Assembly (NCBI GenBank): GCA_963847705.1
Contig: CAWKBC010000014.1
Span: forward strand, 1-64,000
Length of the DNA stretch: 64,000 nt
Origin: an uncultured Pseudomonadota bacterium
Lineage (GTDB): Bacteria; Myxococcota_A; Polyangia; Fen-1088
Reading direction: 5' to 3'
A program made the translations under genes and the position numbers. The notes under the pieces are model-generated. The model did not search any database. It had not been told where the DNA came from and saw only the letters and a program-made list of their open reading frames with translations. Each line of letters begins with the position of its first letter. The stretch's first letter is position 1. Below are positions 20,959-29,297 of the stretch, piece after piece.

Positions 20959-21978
20959 ATGGTTCCCACCATGGCCACACCGAAGGGGAAGGCGCGGGCG
21001 AAGAAGGCGAGCGGAACGCCGAGGCGCCGGCGGGGCGTCAAGCTGCGCCCGACCGAGCTCGGCGCGACGGAGCTGGCGCTGGAAACGCCGCCGCCCGAGC
21101 TGAAGGAGCTGGCGGACGCCATCCACGCCGACGGCGGCGCGGTTCTGGCCACCTACCGCGAGCCGCTCGGCGGCCACGCGCTGATGCTGGCGGCGCTCCC
21201 GCTGGAGAAGATCGCGCCCACCCCGTTCCAGCGCGACATCTCGGACGCGCACGTCCGCCGCCTCACGCAGGCGATGGACAAGACCAAGCGTTTCCTCGAC
21301 CCGATCATCGTCGTCCGCGAGCAGACCGAGTCGGCGTCTTACTGGACGCCCAACGGCTATCACCGGCTGACCGCGCTCAAGGAGCTGGGCGCCAAGAGCA
21401 TCCTGGCGCTGGTGGTCCCGGAGCGCGCGGTCGCTTACCAGATCCTGGCGCTCAACATCGAGAAGGCGCACAACCTGCGCGAGAAAGCGATCGGCGTGCG
21501 GCGGATGTACGAGGATCTCGCCGCCGTGGGTGGGGCGAACGGAACGAAAGAGGATGAGACCGCCTTCGCATTGGAGTTCGAGGAGCCGGCGCTGGCGACG
21601 CTGGGGTTCGCCTACCAAGAACGCGGGCGGCTCTCGGGCGGCGCCTACCATGCGATCTTGCGCAAGGCCGACGGCTGGCTGCCCGGACGCCTGGCCGACG
21701 CGCTGGCGGTGCGGCGCGAGCGCGCGGCGCTGCTCCTCGCCTACGACGAGGCGGTGACCGAGGCGGTGGCCGCCCTCAAGGCGCGCGGCTTCAACAGCCC
21801 CTACCTGCGCAACTTCGTCGTCGCCCGCACCAACCCGCTGCGCTTCATCAAGGGTGAGCCGCCGCCGCTCGAGGAGCTGCTGCCGTCGATGACCAAGCGG
21901 GCGCGCGGGATGGACGCCAACAAGATCAAGACCGAGGACGTCGCGCGTTCGGGCGGCGCGCCCGAGGGATCAGAGTGA
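20959..21978 (+). CDS. ParB/Srx N-terminal domain protein (orphan)
   Basis: PTPFQR, FLDPIIVV, NGYHRLTAL, ALNIEK motifs. Confidence 0.7.
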   Translation: MVPTMATPKGKARAKKASGTPRRRRGVKLRPTELGATELALETPPPELKELADAIHADGGAVLATYREPLGGHALMLAALPLEKIAPTPFQRDISDAHVRRLTQAMDKTKRFLDPIIVVREQTESASYWTPNGYHRLTALKELGAKSILALVVPERAVAYQILALNIEKAHNLREKAIGVRRMYEDLAAVGGANGTKEDETAFALEFEEPALATLGFAYQERGRLSGGAYHAILRKADGWLPGRLADALAVRRERAALLLAYDEAVTEAVAALKARGFNSPYLRNFVVARTNPLRFIKGEPPPLEELLPSMTKRARGMDANKIKTEDVARSGGAPEGSE

Positions 21979-22571
21979 AGGACCGCCAGTTCCGGGCGGT
22001 GATCTTCGATCTCGACGGAACGCTGGCCGACTCCCTGCTCGACTTCGACGCCATCCGCGCCGAGATCGGCCTGGCGCCAGGGCTGCCGATCCTCGAGCAG
22101 CTGACCGACGCGACGCCCGCCGAGCGCGCCCGCGCGGAGGAGATCATGCGCCGGCACGAGCTGACGGCGATCGCCGGCGCCACGCTGACCGAGGGCTGTG
22201 CCGAGCTGCTGGGCCAGCTGGCGACGCGTGAGATCCCGATCGGGATCCTGACCCGCAACGTGCGCGAGGTGGTGGAGACCTTCGCGCAGATGTTCGACCT
22301 CCGCTTTCAGGCGATCTACACGCGCGAGGATGGACCGCACAAGCCCGCGCCCGACGGCGTCCTGGCGCTGTGCGAACAGCTCGGCGCTCGCCCGGAAGAG
22401 ACGCTCACCGTCGGCGACTACAAGTTCGACGTCATCGCCGGACGACGCGCCGGCTGCCGGACCGTCCTTCTGCGGGCGGAGCCGCTGCCGCCCGAGGAGC
22501 ACGTCGAATGGGGTGAGCCCGATCTGGTCGTCGCCTCGCTCCGCGAGCTGCTCCCGATGTTCCAGCCCTAG
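21975..22571 (+). CDS. HAD family hydrolase
   Basis: FDLDGTL, LTRN, KP.PDG, VGDYKFD. Confidence 0.9.
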   Translation: MKDRQFRAVIFDLDGTLADSLLDFDAIRAEIGLAPGLPILEQLTDATPAERARAEEIMRRHELTAIAGATLTEGCAELLGQLATREIPIGILTRNVREVVETFAQMFDLRFQAIYTREDGPHKPAPDGVLALCEQLGARPEETLTVGDYKFDVIAGRRAGCRTVLLRAEPLPPEEHVEWGEPDLVVASLRELLPMFQP

Positions 22572-22620
22572 ACCAGCCCTTAGACCAGCCCTAAGGCTGC
22601 CCTAAAGCCAGCCCTACTAG
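22562..22620. repeat. Degenerate 11-12 bp tandem repeat (CCAGCCCTAG-like, about 5 copies) starting at the HAD stop codon
   Basis: ccagccctaga ccagcccttaga ccagccctaag gctgccctaaag ccagccctactag. Confidence 0.75.
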
Positions 22621-22645
22621 GCCTCTGTCGAGCCTCAGCCGACCC

Positions 22646-23638
22646 TCAGCGCGGCCGCACGAGCCCACCGACCGGCAGTAACTGCTCGTCCGGGAGCGTG
22701 GCTTCGGGTTGTACGGTGACGTGGCACTGCCCGACGGCTTCTTCGATCCGACGTCCGACGTCGCGGGCGACCTCGACACCATGAGCGCCCGGGTCGAGAA
22801 CGACGTGGGCGGTGATGACCGGCGCGTCGTCGACGATCGACCAGACGTGCAGGTCGTGAACCTCGCACACCCCGGGGGTCTCTTTGGCCACGCGTTCCAG
22901 GGTCGCGACATCGACGCCCGCGGGCGCGCCTTCCATCAGCACGTGCGTGGCGTCGCGCAGGAGGCGCCAGGAGCCGGTGAGGATCAGCGTGGAGATCACG
23001 ATCGAGGTGACGGGATCGGCGCGGTTCCAGCCGAACGCCAGGATGAGAATCGCCGCCACGATGGCCGCCCCCGACCCGGCGGCATCCGCGAGCATGTGGA
23101 CGGTGGCGGCCCGCAGGTTCAGGTTGCGCGTCCCCCCGCGAGAGAGATTCCAGGCCCCGACCAGGTTGACGACCAGCCCGATGGTCGCGACCGACAGCAT
23201 GATGCGGGCGTTGACGGGGTGAGGCTCGGAGAGTCGACCGATCGCCTCGATGATGACCGCGACCGCGGTGATCCCCAGGACGATCCCGTTGGCCGCGGCC
23301 GCCAGGATCTCGGCACGCCGATAGCCAAAGGTCTTGCTGCCGGACCGCGGACGGGTGCTCAGCGCCTGCGCCCAGAGGGCGAGCCCGAGCGCGCCGGCGT
23401 CGGTCAACATGTGGCCGGCGTCGGAGAGCAGCGCCAGGCTCCCCGACCAGATCCCGGCCGCCACCTCGACGATCAGAAACGTGCTGGTGAGCGCCAGCGC
23501 GACCAGGAGACGCTCTCTGGAGAGATCGCGCAGGTCGGCCGCGTGCGTGTGGGCGTGGCCATGGTGCTGATCATGACCGTGGTCATGGTCGTCGTGCCCG
23601 TGGTGATCGTGACCGCGGTGGTCGCCGTGCTCGGACAT
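22646..23638 (-). CDS. Cation diffusion facilitator (CzcD/DmeF-like) with His-rich N-terminus
   Basis: SLALLSDAGHMLTD, TFGYRRAE, NLRAATVHMLAD, VHDLHVW. Confidence 0.93.
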   Translation of the reverse strand: MSEHGDHRGHDHHGHDDHDHGHDQHHGHAHTHAADLRDLSRERLLVALALTSTFLIVEVAAGIWSGSLALLSDAGHMLTDAGALGLALWAQALSTRPRSGSKTFGYRRAEILAAAANGIVLGITAVAVIIEAIGRLSEPHPVNARIMLSVATIGLVVNLVGAWNLSRGGTRNLNLRAATVHMLADAAGSGAAIVAAILILAFGWNRADPVTSIVISTLILTGSWRLLRDATHVLMEGAPAGVDVATLERVAKETPGVCEVHDLHVWSIVDDAPVITAHVVLDPGAHGVEVARDVGRRIEEAVGQCHVTVQPEATLPDEQLLPVGGLVRPR

Positions 23639-23648
23639 TCTGCCGCCT

Positions 23649-23668
23649 ACTATACCCCCATAGGGTAT
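23649..23668 (-). promoter_or_regulatory. CsoR/RcnR-family operator overlapping the -10 box of the CDF gene
   Basis: ATACCC-CCATA-GGGTAT inverted repeat (23652-23668); TATAGT on the minus strand at 23649-23654. Confidence 0.75.
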
Positions 23669-23729
23669 CTAACAAGTGACGGTTTCGATCCGTCCGTGAC
23701 AGAGCCCACGCCCATCGCCGGTCCGCCGT

Positions 23730-24008
23730 CTATCGCAGATACGCCTTGGCGGCGTCGATCAGCTCCTGGGCCGCCTTCGACTGTTCGCTGGTGGGATGAC
23801 GTTCGGGGTCGATGATGTGCATCCGGATGTGCCCCTCGAAGATCTCCGACATCAGGCTGTCCAGCGCGCCCCGGCAGGCCGCGATCGTCTGCAGGATCTG
23901 CGCGCAGTCATGCACCTCATCGAGCGCCTTTTCGACCGAGCCGAGCTGACCCTGGATGCGCTTCACCCGCGCGATCAGCTTCTTCTTGTCCTTGATGAGG
24001 TGGGCCAT
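23730..24008 (-). CDS. RcnR/DmeR-type (CsoR family) metal-sensing repressor
   Basis: RVKRIQGQL; H3, C35, H60, H64 fingerprint (MAH...DC...GHIRMH) of the Ni/Co-sensing clade. Confidence 0.9.
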   Translation of the reverse strand: MAHLIKDKKKLIARVKRIQGQLGSVEKALDEVHDCAQILQTIAACRGALDSLMSEIFEGHIRMHIIDPERHPTSEQSKAAQELIDAAKAYLR

Positions 24009-24077
24009 GGCCAAACCATACCCCAGCAAATGAGGCGCGCGCTGCCCGGCGCCCAGGCCGGCGCGACCATCCAGGCG

Positions 24078-24428
24078 TCAGGCGGAAGGCGCGCTGACGG
24101 CGATCGAGGCCAGCAGCTTGGGGAGCGCGTTGGCGAACTGCCCCTTGGCCATCACGTCGCTGCACCCCCTGGCGCGAGCGGCGTCCATCACCTCGGTCTT
24201 CTCGTGATCGATGAAGCCGACGGTACGGACGGCGCCGCCGAGCGCCTCCAGCGCCGCGAGCGCCGCCGGCAGCCGCAGATCGACGATGGCCAGCTTCGCC
24301 TCGCGCGCAGCGGCCGCGAAGGCCGCCGGCTCGCGCGCCGGCTGCACCGTCACGCCGGTCGCCTTGGCTGCCTCACGCAGCTTCGACGAGAACAGCATGT
24401 CGGTGATGAAGTAGACGACGTCGGCCAT
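24078..24428 (-). CDS. Small receiver-like (CheY-fold) protein
   Basis: DMLFSSKL...LAIVDL...TVGF.DH...ARARGC pattern. Confidence 0.65.
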   Translation of the reverse strand: MADVVYFITDMLFSSKLREAAKATGVTVQPAREPAAFAAAAREAKLAIVDLRLPAALAALEALGGAVRTVGFIDHEKTEVMDAARARGCSDVMAKGQFANALPKLLASIAVSAPSA

Positions 24429-24606
24429 CTGGCAGCTGCGCTTGAAAGTTATGGCCCCGAGCACCCGGTCGGCTGGTTACCGTTGCTCCCTTCCGGGCCT
24501 GGCGGGGTTCACTGGCGTTCCGTCGCCCGGGACCGCCCCCTATCTGTCACAGAACGGGGCGGAGATCCAGCGCGGCCGTACGGGTCGGTCGTGGTAAGAA
24601 CGGCCG

Positions 24607-25098
24607 ATGGCCGCCGACAAAGAGAAGATCATCGAGGTCGGGCAGAAGGCGCCCGCATTCACGCTGCCTGACCAGGACGATAAGTCGGTCAAGCTGAGCG
24701 ACTTCAAGGGGAGCTGGCTGGTCCTCTACTTCTATCCGAACGACGACACGCCCGGCTGCACCACCGAGGCCTGCGACTTCACGAACGGCCTCAAGGACTT
24801 CGAGAAGCTCGACGCGACCGTGGTCGGCTGCAGCCCGAACACCACCGAGAGCCACCGCAAGTTCATCGCCAAGTACAAGCTGAAGGTCCGCCTGCTCAGC
24901 GACCCCGAGCACAGGGCGATGACCGCCTACGGCGCCTGGGGCGAGAAGGTCCTCTACGGCAAGAAGTCCGTCGGCGTCATCCGCTCGACGGTGATCATCT
25001 CCCCCGACGGCAAGATCGCCCACCACTGGGCCCGCGTGAAGTCCGCCGGCCACGCCGAGGCCGTCCGCGAGCGCCTCAAAGCATTGCGCGCCGCCTGA
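24607..25098 (+). CDS. bcp: Peroxiredoxin Bcp/PrxQ
   Basis: LYFYP.DDTPGCTTEACDF, LLSD, GVIRST. Confidence 0.95.
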   Translation: MAADKEKIIEVGQKAPAFTLPDQDDKSVKLSDFKGSWLVLYFYPNDDTPGCTTEACDFTNGLKDFEKLDATVVGCSPNTTESHRKFIAKYKLKVRLLSDPEHRAMTAYGAWGEKVLYGKKSVGVIRSTVIISPDGKIAHHWARVKSAGHAEAVRERLKALRAA

Positions 25099-25107
25099 TC
25101 GCGCCGG

Positions 25108-25510
25108 CCCCCCACCGCAGCGAGCGCAGCGTGGCTTCGCCACGCGAAGCGAGCGAGGGCGCGGGGGGCCAAAGGGCGCGCAGCGAGTGCACGGCCGCTC
25201 ACTCTCCACCGCCCCCCACCGCAGCGAGCGCAGCGTGGCTTCGCCACGCGAAGCGAGCGGGGGCGCGGGGGGCCAAAGGGCGCGAAGCGGGTGCACGGCC
25301 GCTCACTCTCCACGGCCCCCCACCGCAGCGAGCGCAGCGTGGCTTCGCCACGCGAAGCGAGCGGGGGCGCGGGGGACCAAAGGGCGCGAAGCGAGTGCAC
25401 GGCCGCTCACTCTCCACCGCCCCCCACCGCAGCGAGCGCAGCGTGGCTTCGCCACGCGAAGCGAGCGGGGGCGCGGGGGGCCAAAGGGCGCGAAGCGCCC
25501 GACGCCCCCC
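25108..25510. repeat. 104-bp tandem array of a palindromic REP-like unit (about 3.7 copies)
   Basis: ACCGCAGCGAGCGCAGCGTGGCTTCGCCACGCGAAGCG recurs at 25114, 25218, 25322 and 25426. Confidence 0.95.
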
Positions 25511-25520
25511 GACCAGATTG

Positions 25521-25605
25521 AGGAGAGAGAGGGATTCGAACCCTCGGTACCTTTCGGTACACACGATTTCCAATCGTGCTCCTTCGGCCACTCGGACACC
25601 TCTCC
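25521..25605 (-). tRNA. tRNA-Ser(GGA)
   Basis: GGAGAGGTGTCCGAGTGG...CACGA-TTGGAAA-TCGTG, long variable arm, GGGTTCGAATCCC; no encoded CCA. Confidence 0.95.
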
Positions 25606-25767
25606 AGGTTTTTTATTCTGTTCGTTTCAAGTCGGTTGCGATCGCCTGGCCTCCAATCTGGTGTCGAACGCGTCCTGGTGTCGAACGCGTCGAGGTGGGA
25701 CGGGCTTTGCCCGGCCAACCTCATCGCGGGAGGTCGCAGGAGCCCCTTGGGGGTTCCTGTGTTGTCG

Positions 25768-25854
25768 AGGAGAGGGTGGGAGTCGAACCCACGTTGGACT
25801 TGCGCCCAAACCTGATTTCGAATCAGGCGCTTTCGGCCACTCAGCCACCTCTCC
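25768..25854 (-). tRNA. tRNA-Ser(CGA)
   Basis: GGAGAGGTGGCTGAGTGG...CCTGA-TTCGAAA-TCAGG, long variable arm, GGGTTCGACTCCC; no encoded CCA. Confidence 0.95.
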
Positions 25855-25871
25855 GGCCTTTACTTGTCATC

Positions 25872-25943
25872 GGGACCCTGGGGGGGTCCCGCGCCCCCCG
25901 CGATGGGCTCGCACGAGCGAAGCTCGTTCTCCCCCGACGCGTG
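25872..25943. repeat. Dispersed REP-like element, copy 1
   Basis: GGGACCC-n5-GGGTCCC-GCGCCCCCCGCGA followed by a GCGAAGC hairpin; related copies at 36554 and (inverted) 60529-60597. Confidence 0.7.
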
Positions 25944-25980
25944 AAGCGGGCCGGATCCTTACGCGAGGCGGGGCGGAGTT

Positions 25981-26805
25981 TCAACCGCCGCGACGGCTGA
26001 AGAGGGCCCGGAGCCTGCCGCCGAGGCTGGCCGAGCCCTCCGGTCGCTCGGGGCCGTTCACCACCCGGAGCACGGCGGCGCTCACGTTGTCGAGGGTCCC
26101 GCGGGCGTTGGCGGTGTCGATCAGGCTGCGACAGGCGGCGCCGGCGTCCCCCTGGGCCAGGAGCGGCGCCATCTGCTCCTCGTCGAGGACGTTGTAGAGC
26201 CCGTCGCTGCAGGCCAGCAGGGCATCCCCGCGAAAGAGGCGGTTGGAGATCCGATCGATGGGGACGATCAGCTCGCGGCCGAGGCTGCGGGTCAGCACGG
26301 ATCGGTCGGGATGCTCGCGTGCGCGGGCCTTGCTCATGAGGCCGATGCGCGCCTTTTCCCCGGCGACCGTGTGATCCTTGGTGAGCTGGGTGAGCCGGCC
26401 GTCGCGCAGGAGGTAGAGCCGGCTGTCCCCGACGTGCGCGGCGGTCAGCTCGCCGCGATCGACGACGACCGCGGTCAGCGTGGTGGTCATCCCGCGCAGC
26501 TCGGGGACCACGGTCGCCAGATCGTAGACCTCGATGTTGGCCTGCTGGACCGCGCGGTAGAGGCGCTTGGAGCTGGCCATCCCGGGCGGCTGCTCGCCGA
26601 AGGACTTCAGCGTGGCGGCGACGGCGGTCTGGCTGGCGGTCTCGCCCGCCTCGGCGCTGGAGACGCCGTCGGCGACGACCAGGAGGGCGCAGCCCGGACT
26701 CTCCAGCAGCTCGCCGCAGTGGTCTTCGTTGTGCTCGCGCTCGGTGCCGACGTCCGTCAGCGTCGCGACCTCCAGCTCGAATCGGGTCTCCGCCTCGGCG
26801 TTCAT
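25981..26805 (-). CDS. PP2C/PPM-family Ser/Thr protein phosphatase
   Basis: TDVG.REHNED, VADG, HVGDSRLY, LTKDHT, CSDGL and DNVS motifs. Confidence 0.93.
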   Translation of the reverse strand: MNAEAETRFELEVATLTDVGTEREHNEDHCGELLESPGCALLVVADGVSSAEAGETASQTAVAATLKSFGEQPPGMASSKRLYRAVQQANIEVYDLATVVPELRGMTTTLTAVVVDRGELTAAHVGDSRLYLLRDGRLTQLTKDHTVAGEKARIGLMSKARAREHPDRSVLTRSLGRELIVPIDRISNRLFRGDALLACSDGLYNVLDEEQMAPLLAQGDAGAACRSLIDTANARGTLDNVSAAVLRVVNGPERPEGSASLGGRLRALFSRRGG

Positions 26806-26842
26806 GCTAAGTTGCCGCCATGTCAGCTCGGGCGCACCGCTG

Positions 26843-27841
26843 ATGCGCGAGCCCATCGTCGGCGAGAAGCTCGACCAATACGAGCTTGGCGAGCTCTTGG
26901 CCCGCAGCGGAATGGCGTCGATCTTCAAGGCGATCGACGGCGACAGCGGCGCCCAGGTCGCGCTCAAGATCCCGCACCCGCAGCTGGAGAGCGACGTCGT
27001 CTTCTTCGAGCGCTTCAAGCGCGAGGAGGAGATGGGCCAGAAGCTGGAGCACCCCAACGTCGTCAAGGTGATGAAGCCGCGCGAGAAGAGCCGGATGTAC
27101 ATCGCGATGGAGTACGTCGACGGGCGCTCGCTCCGCAGCATCATCCAGTCCGACGCGCCGCTCCCCGACGAGCGCGCGCTCGACATCGCCCGTCAGGTGA
27201 CGGAGGCGCTCGGTTATCTGCACGCCAAGGGGGTCGTTCACCGCGATATCAAGCCCGAGAACATACTCCTCACCGCCGACGGGAAAGTGAAGATCCTCGA
27301 TTTCGGGATCGCGCTCGACGAATCGAAGCGCCGCCTCACCTGGGCCGGACTCTCCGCGACGCTCGGAACGCCCGACTACATGGCCCCCGAGCAGATCGGC
27401 GGCCGTCGGGGCGACGCCCGCACCGACGTCTACGCGGTCGGCACGATGCTCTACGAGATGCTCACCAAGAACCTCCCCTTTCAGAGCGCCAACGCCAACG
27501 CGCTCCTGCGCGCCAAGGCCAACGAGGATCCCAGGCCCCCCTCCTACTTCGTCCCCAAGATCGACCCGGCGCTGGAGGCGATCATCATGAAGGCCATCCA
27601 GCGATTGCCGCGCGATCGGTACGCCAGCGCCGCCGAGCTCCTGACGGAGCTGCGCGATCCGCCCGCGGCGTTGCGACGCGCCCCCGACGCCCCCCGGCCG
27701 CCGCGGCGCGGCCTGGCCCGCGCGGTGCGCCGCCTCGGCAAGGTGGCCATCGTGGTGGGTATCATCGGCGGCCTCGGCGCGCTGATCTATTTCAGCAACC
27801 ACCACGTCGAGCCGCCCTCCGCCGCACCGCCGGCGCGCTGA
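26843..27841 (+). CDS. Compact membrane-anchored Ser/Thr protein kinase
   Basis: SGMASIFKA, VALK, HRDIKPEN, DFGIA, GTPDYMAPE, DVYAVG; C-terminal TM helix. Confidence 0.93.
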   Translation: MREPIVGEKLDQYELGELLARSGMASIFKAIDGDSGAQVALKIPHPQLESDVVFFERFKREEEMGQKLEHPNVVKVMKPREKSRMYIAMEYVDGRSLRSIIQSDAPLPDERALDIARQVTEALGYLHAKGVVHRDIKPENILLTADGKVKILDFGIALDESKRRLTWAGLSATLGTPDYMAPEQIGGRRGDARTDVYAVGTMLYEMLTKNLPFQSANANALLRAKANEDPRPPSYFVPKIDPALEAIIMKAIQRLPRDRYASAAELLTELRDPPAALRRAPDAPRPPRRGLARAVRRLGKVAIVVGIIGGLGALIYFSNHHVEPPSAAPPAR

Positions 27842-27859
27842 CGAAACGGGGAGGTCGCC

Positions 27860-29203
27860 ATGAATCAGGGTCATCTGGAGATCGCGCTCAACCTGGTCTG
27901 GGTGCTGATGGCCGGCTTCCTGGTGATGTTCATGCAGGTCGGCTTCGCGATGGTGGAGACCGGGTTCACCCGCTCGAAGAACGCCGTCAACACGATGGCG
28001 ATGAACATCGTCGTTTATCCGATCGGGGTGCTCGGCTTCTGGCTGTGCGGCTACGGCCTCATGGCCGGCGGCGTGGCGGGCTGGCCCGCGCTGGGGGAAC
28101 CGCTGCGCGGCGCGCACGAGGTGGGCCTCTCGATCGGCGGCCATCACCTGGGCCTGTTCGGCGCGGCGCGCTTCGCGCTTCTGACCGCCCCGCACGATCC
28201 GGCCAACCTGGCGATGTTCCTGTTCGCGGCCGTCTTCATGGACACCGCCGCCACCATCCCCACGGGGGCGATGGCGGAGCGCTGGCGGTTCGCCTCTTTT
28301 CTGGTCTACGGCCTCTTCATGTCGATGTTGCTCTACCCGCTCTACGGCAACTGGGTCTGGGGCGGCGGCTGGCTGGCCACGATGGGGACGAACTGGGGCC
28401 TCGGACATGGTCACGTCGACTTCGCCGGCTCGTCGGTGGTGCACATGACGGGCGGTTTGACGGCGCTGGCCGGCGCCATCGTGCTGGGGCCGCGCGCCGG
28501 GAAGTTCCGGCGCGACGGGACCATCGGGGCCATCCCCGGCCACAACCTGCCGATGACCATCATCGGGACGCTGATCCTGGCGTTCGGGTGGTTCGGGTTC
28601 AACGCCGGCTCGACGCTGGCGGGGGCCGACCCGCGCATCGCCACCATCGCCGTCAACACCATGCTCGCCTCCAGCGCCGGCGCCTTCACCGCGCTGGTGT
28701 ACGTCTGGTACAGCCTGCGCAAGCCCGACGTGGCCATCACCTGCAACGGCCTCCTGGGCGGCCTGGTGGCGATCACCGGCCCCTGCGCCTTCGTCAGCCC
28801 GGCGGCCGCGGTGATGATCGGCCTCGTGGCCGGCCTGCTGGTGGTGCGGGCGGTCTCCTGGATCGAGATGCGCTTTCGGGTCGATGATCCGGTCGGCGCC
28901 TTCTCGGTGCACGGCGTGTGCGGCTGCTGGGGTGCCCTGTCGCTGGGCTTGTTCGCCGACGGGACGTACGGCGTCGGGTGGAACGGCGTCGCCGGCCCCG
29001 TGCGCGGCCTCCTGTTCGGCGACGGCCGCCAGCTGATTGCGCAGCTCATTGGTGTTCTCACCAACATCCTGTTCGTCTTCCCGGCGGCGTTCGGGTTTTT
29101 CCGGCTCACCGACCGCCTCATCGGCAACCGCGTGAACGCCGAGACCGAGTTTTCCGGCCTCGACTCGACGGAGATGGGCTCGGAAGCCTACCCCCCTGGC
29201 TGA
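27860..29203 (+). CDS. amtB: Ammonium transporter (Amt family)
   Basis: FMQ.GFAMVE.G, DFAGSSVVH, GWFGFNAGS, NGLLGGLVAIT, DDPVGAFSVHG; both twin His residues intact. Confidence 0.95.
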   Translation: MNQGHLEIALNLVWVLMAGFLVMFMQVGFAMVETGFTRSKNAVNTMAMNIVVYPIGVLGFWLCGYGLMAGGVAGWPALGEPLRGAHEVGLSIGGHHLGLFGAARFALLTAPHDPANLAMFLFAAVFMDTAATIPTGAMAERWRFASFLVYGLFMSMLLYPLYGNWVWGGGWLATMGTNWGLGHGHVDFAGSSVVHMTGGLTALAGAIVLGPRAGKFRRDGTIGAIPGHNLPMTIIGTLILAFGWFGFNAGSTLAGADPRIATIAVNTMLASSAGAFTALVYVWYSLRKPDVAITCNGLLGGLVAITGPCAFVSPAAAVMIGLVAGLLVVRAVSWIEMRFRVDDPVGAFSVHGVCGCWGALSLGLFADGTYGVGWNGVAGPVRGLLFGDGRQLIAQLIGVLTNILFVFPAAFGFFRLTDRLIGNRVNAETEFSGLDSTEMGSEAYPPG

Positions 29204-29215
29204 ACCGCGTGCACG

Positions 29216-29257
29216 AAAAAGCCCCTCCCCCCGAGAACGTCCGAGAGGAGGGGCAAA
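29216..29257 (-). terminator. Intrinsic terminator for the APC permease gene
   Basis: GCCCCTCC...GGAGGGGC stem with a U-run on the minus strand (AAAAA at 29216-29220). Confidence 0.75.
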
Positions 29258-29297
29258 TGGTGGAATCCGGGGTCGACCGTCGTCGTCCGGCCGCTTC

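Noticed and set aside
25108-25510. Possible CRISPR array
   Set aside because: The units are near-identical over their whole 104 bp, with no unique spacers and no cas genes in the window.
25658-25691. 17-bp direct duplication CTGGTGTCGAACGCGTC between the tRNAs
   Set aside because: Only two copies with no associated element; most simply a local slippage event.
24954-26197. ORFs with repeated peptide blocks over the 104-bp array and tRNAs
   Set aside because: Artefacts of translating a non-triplet-period repeat and tRNA genes.
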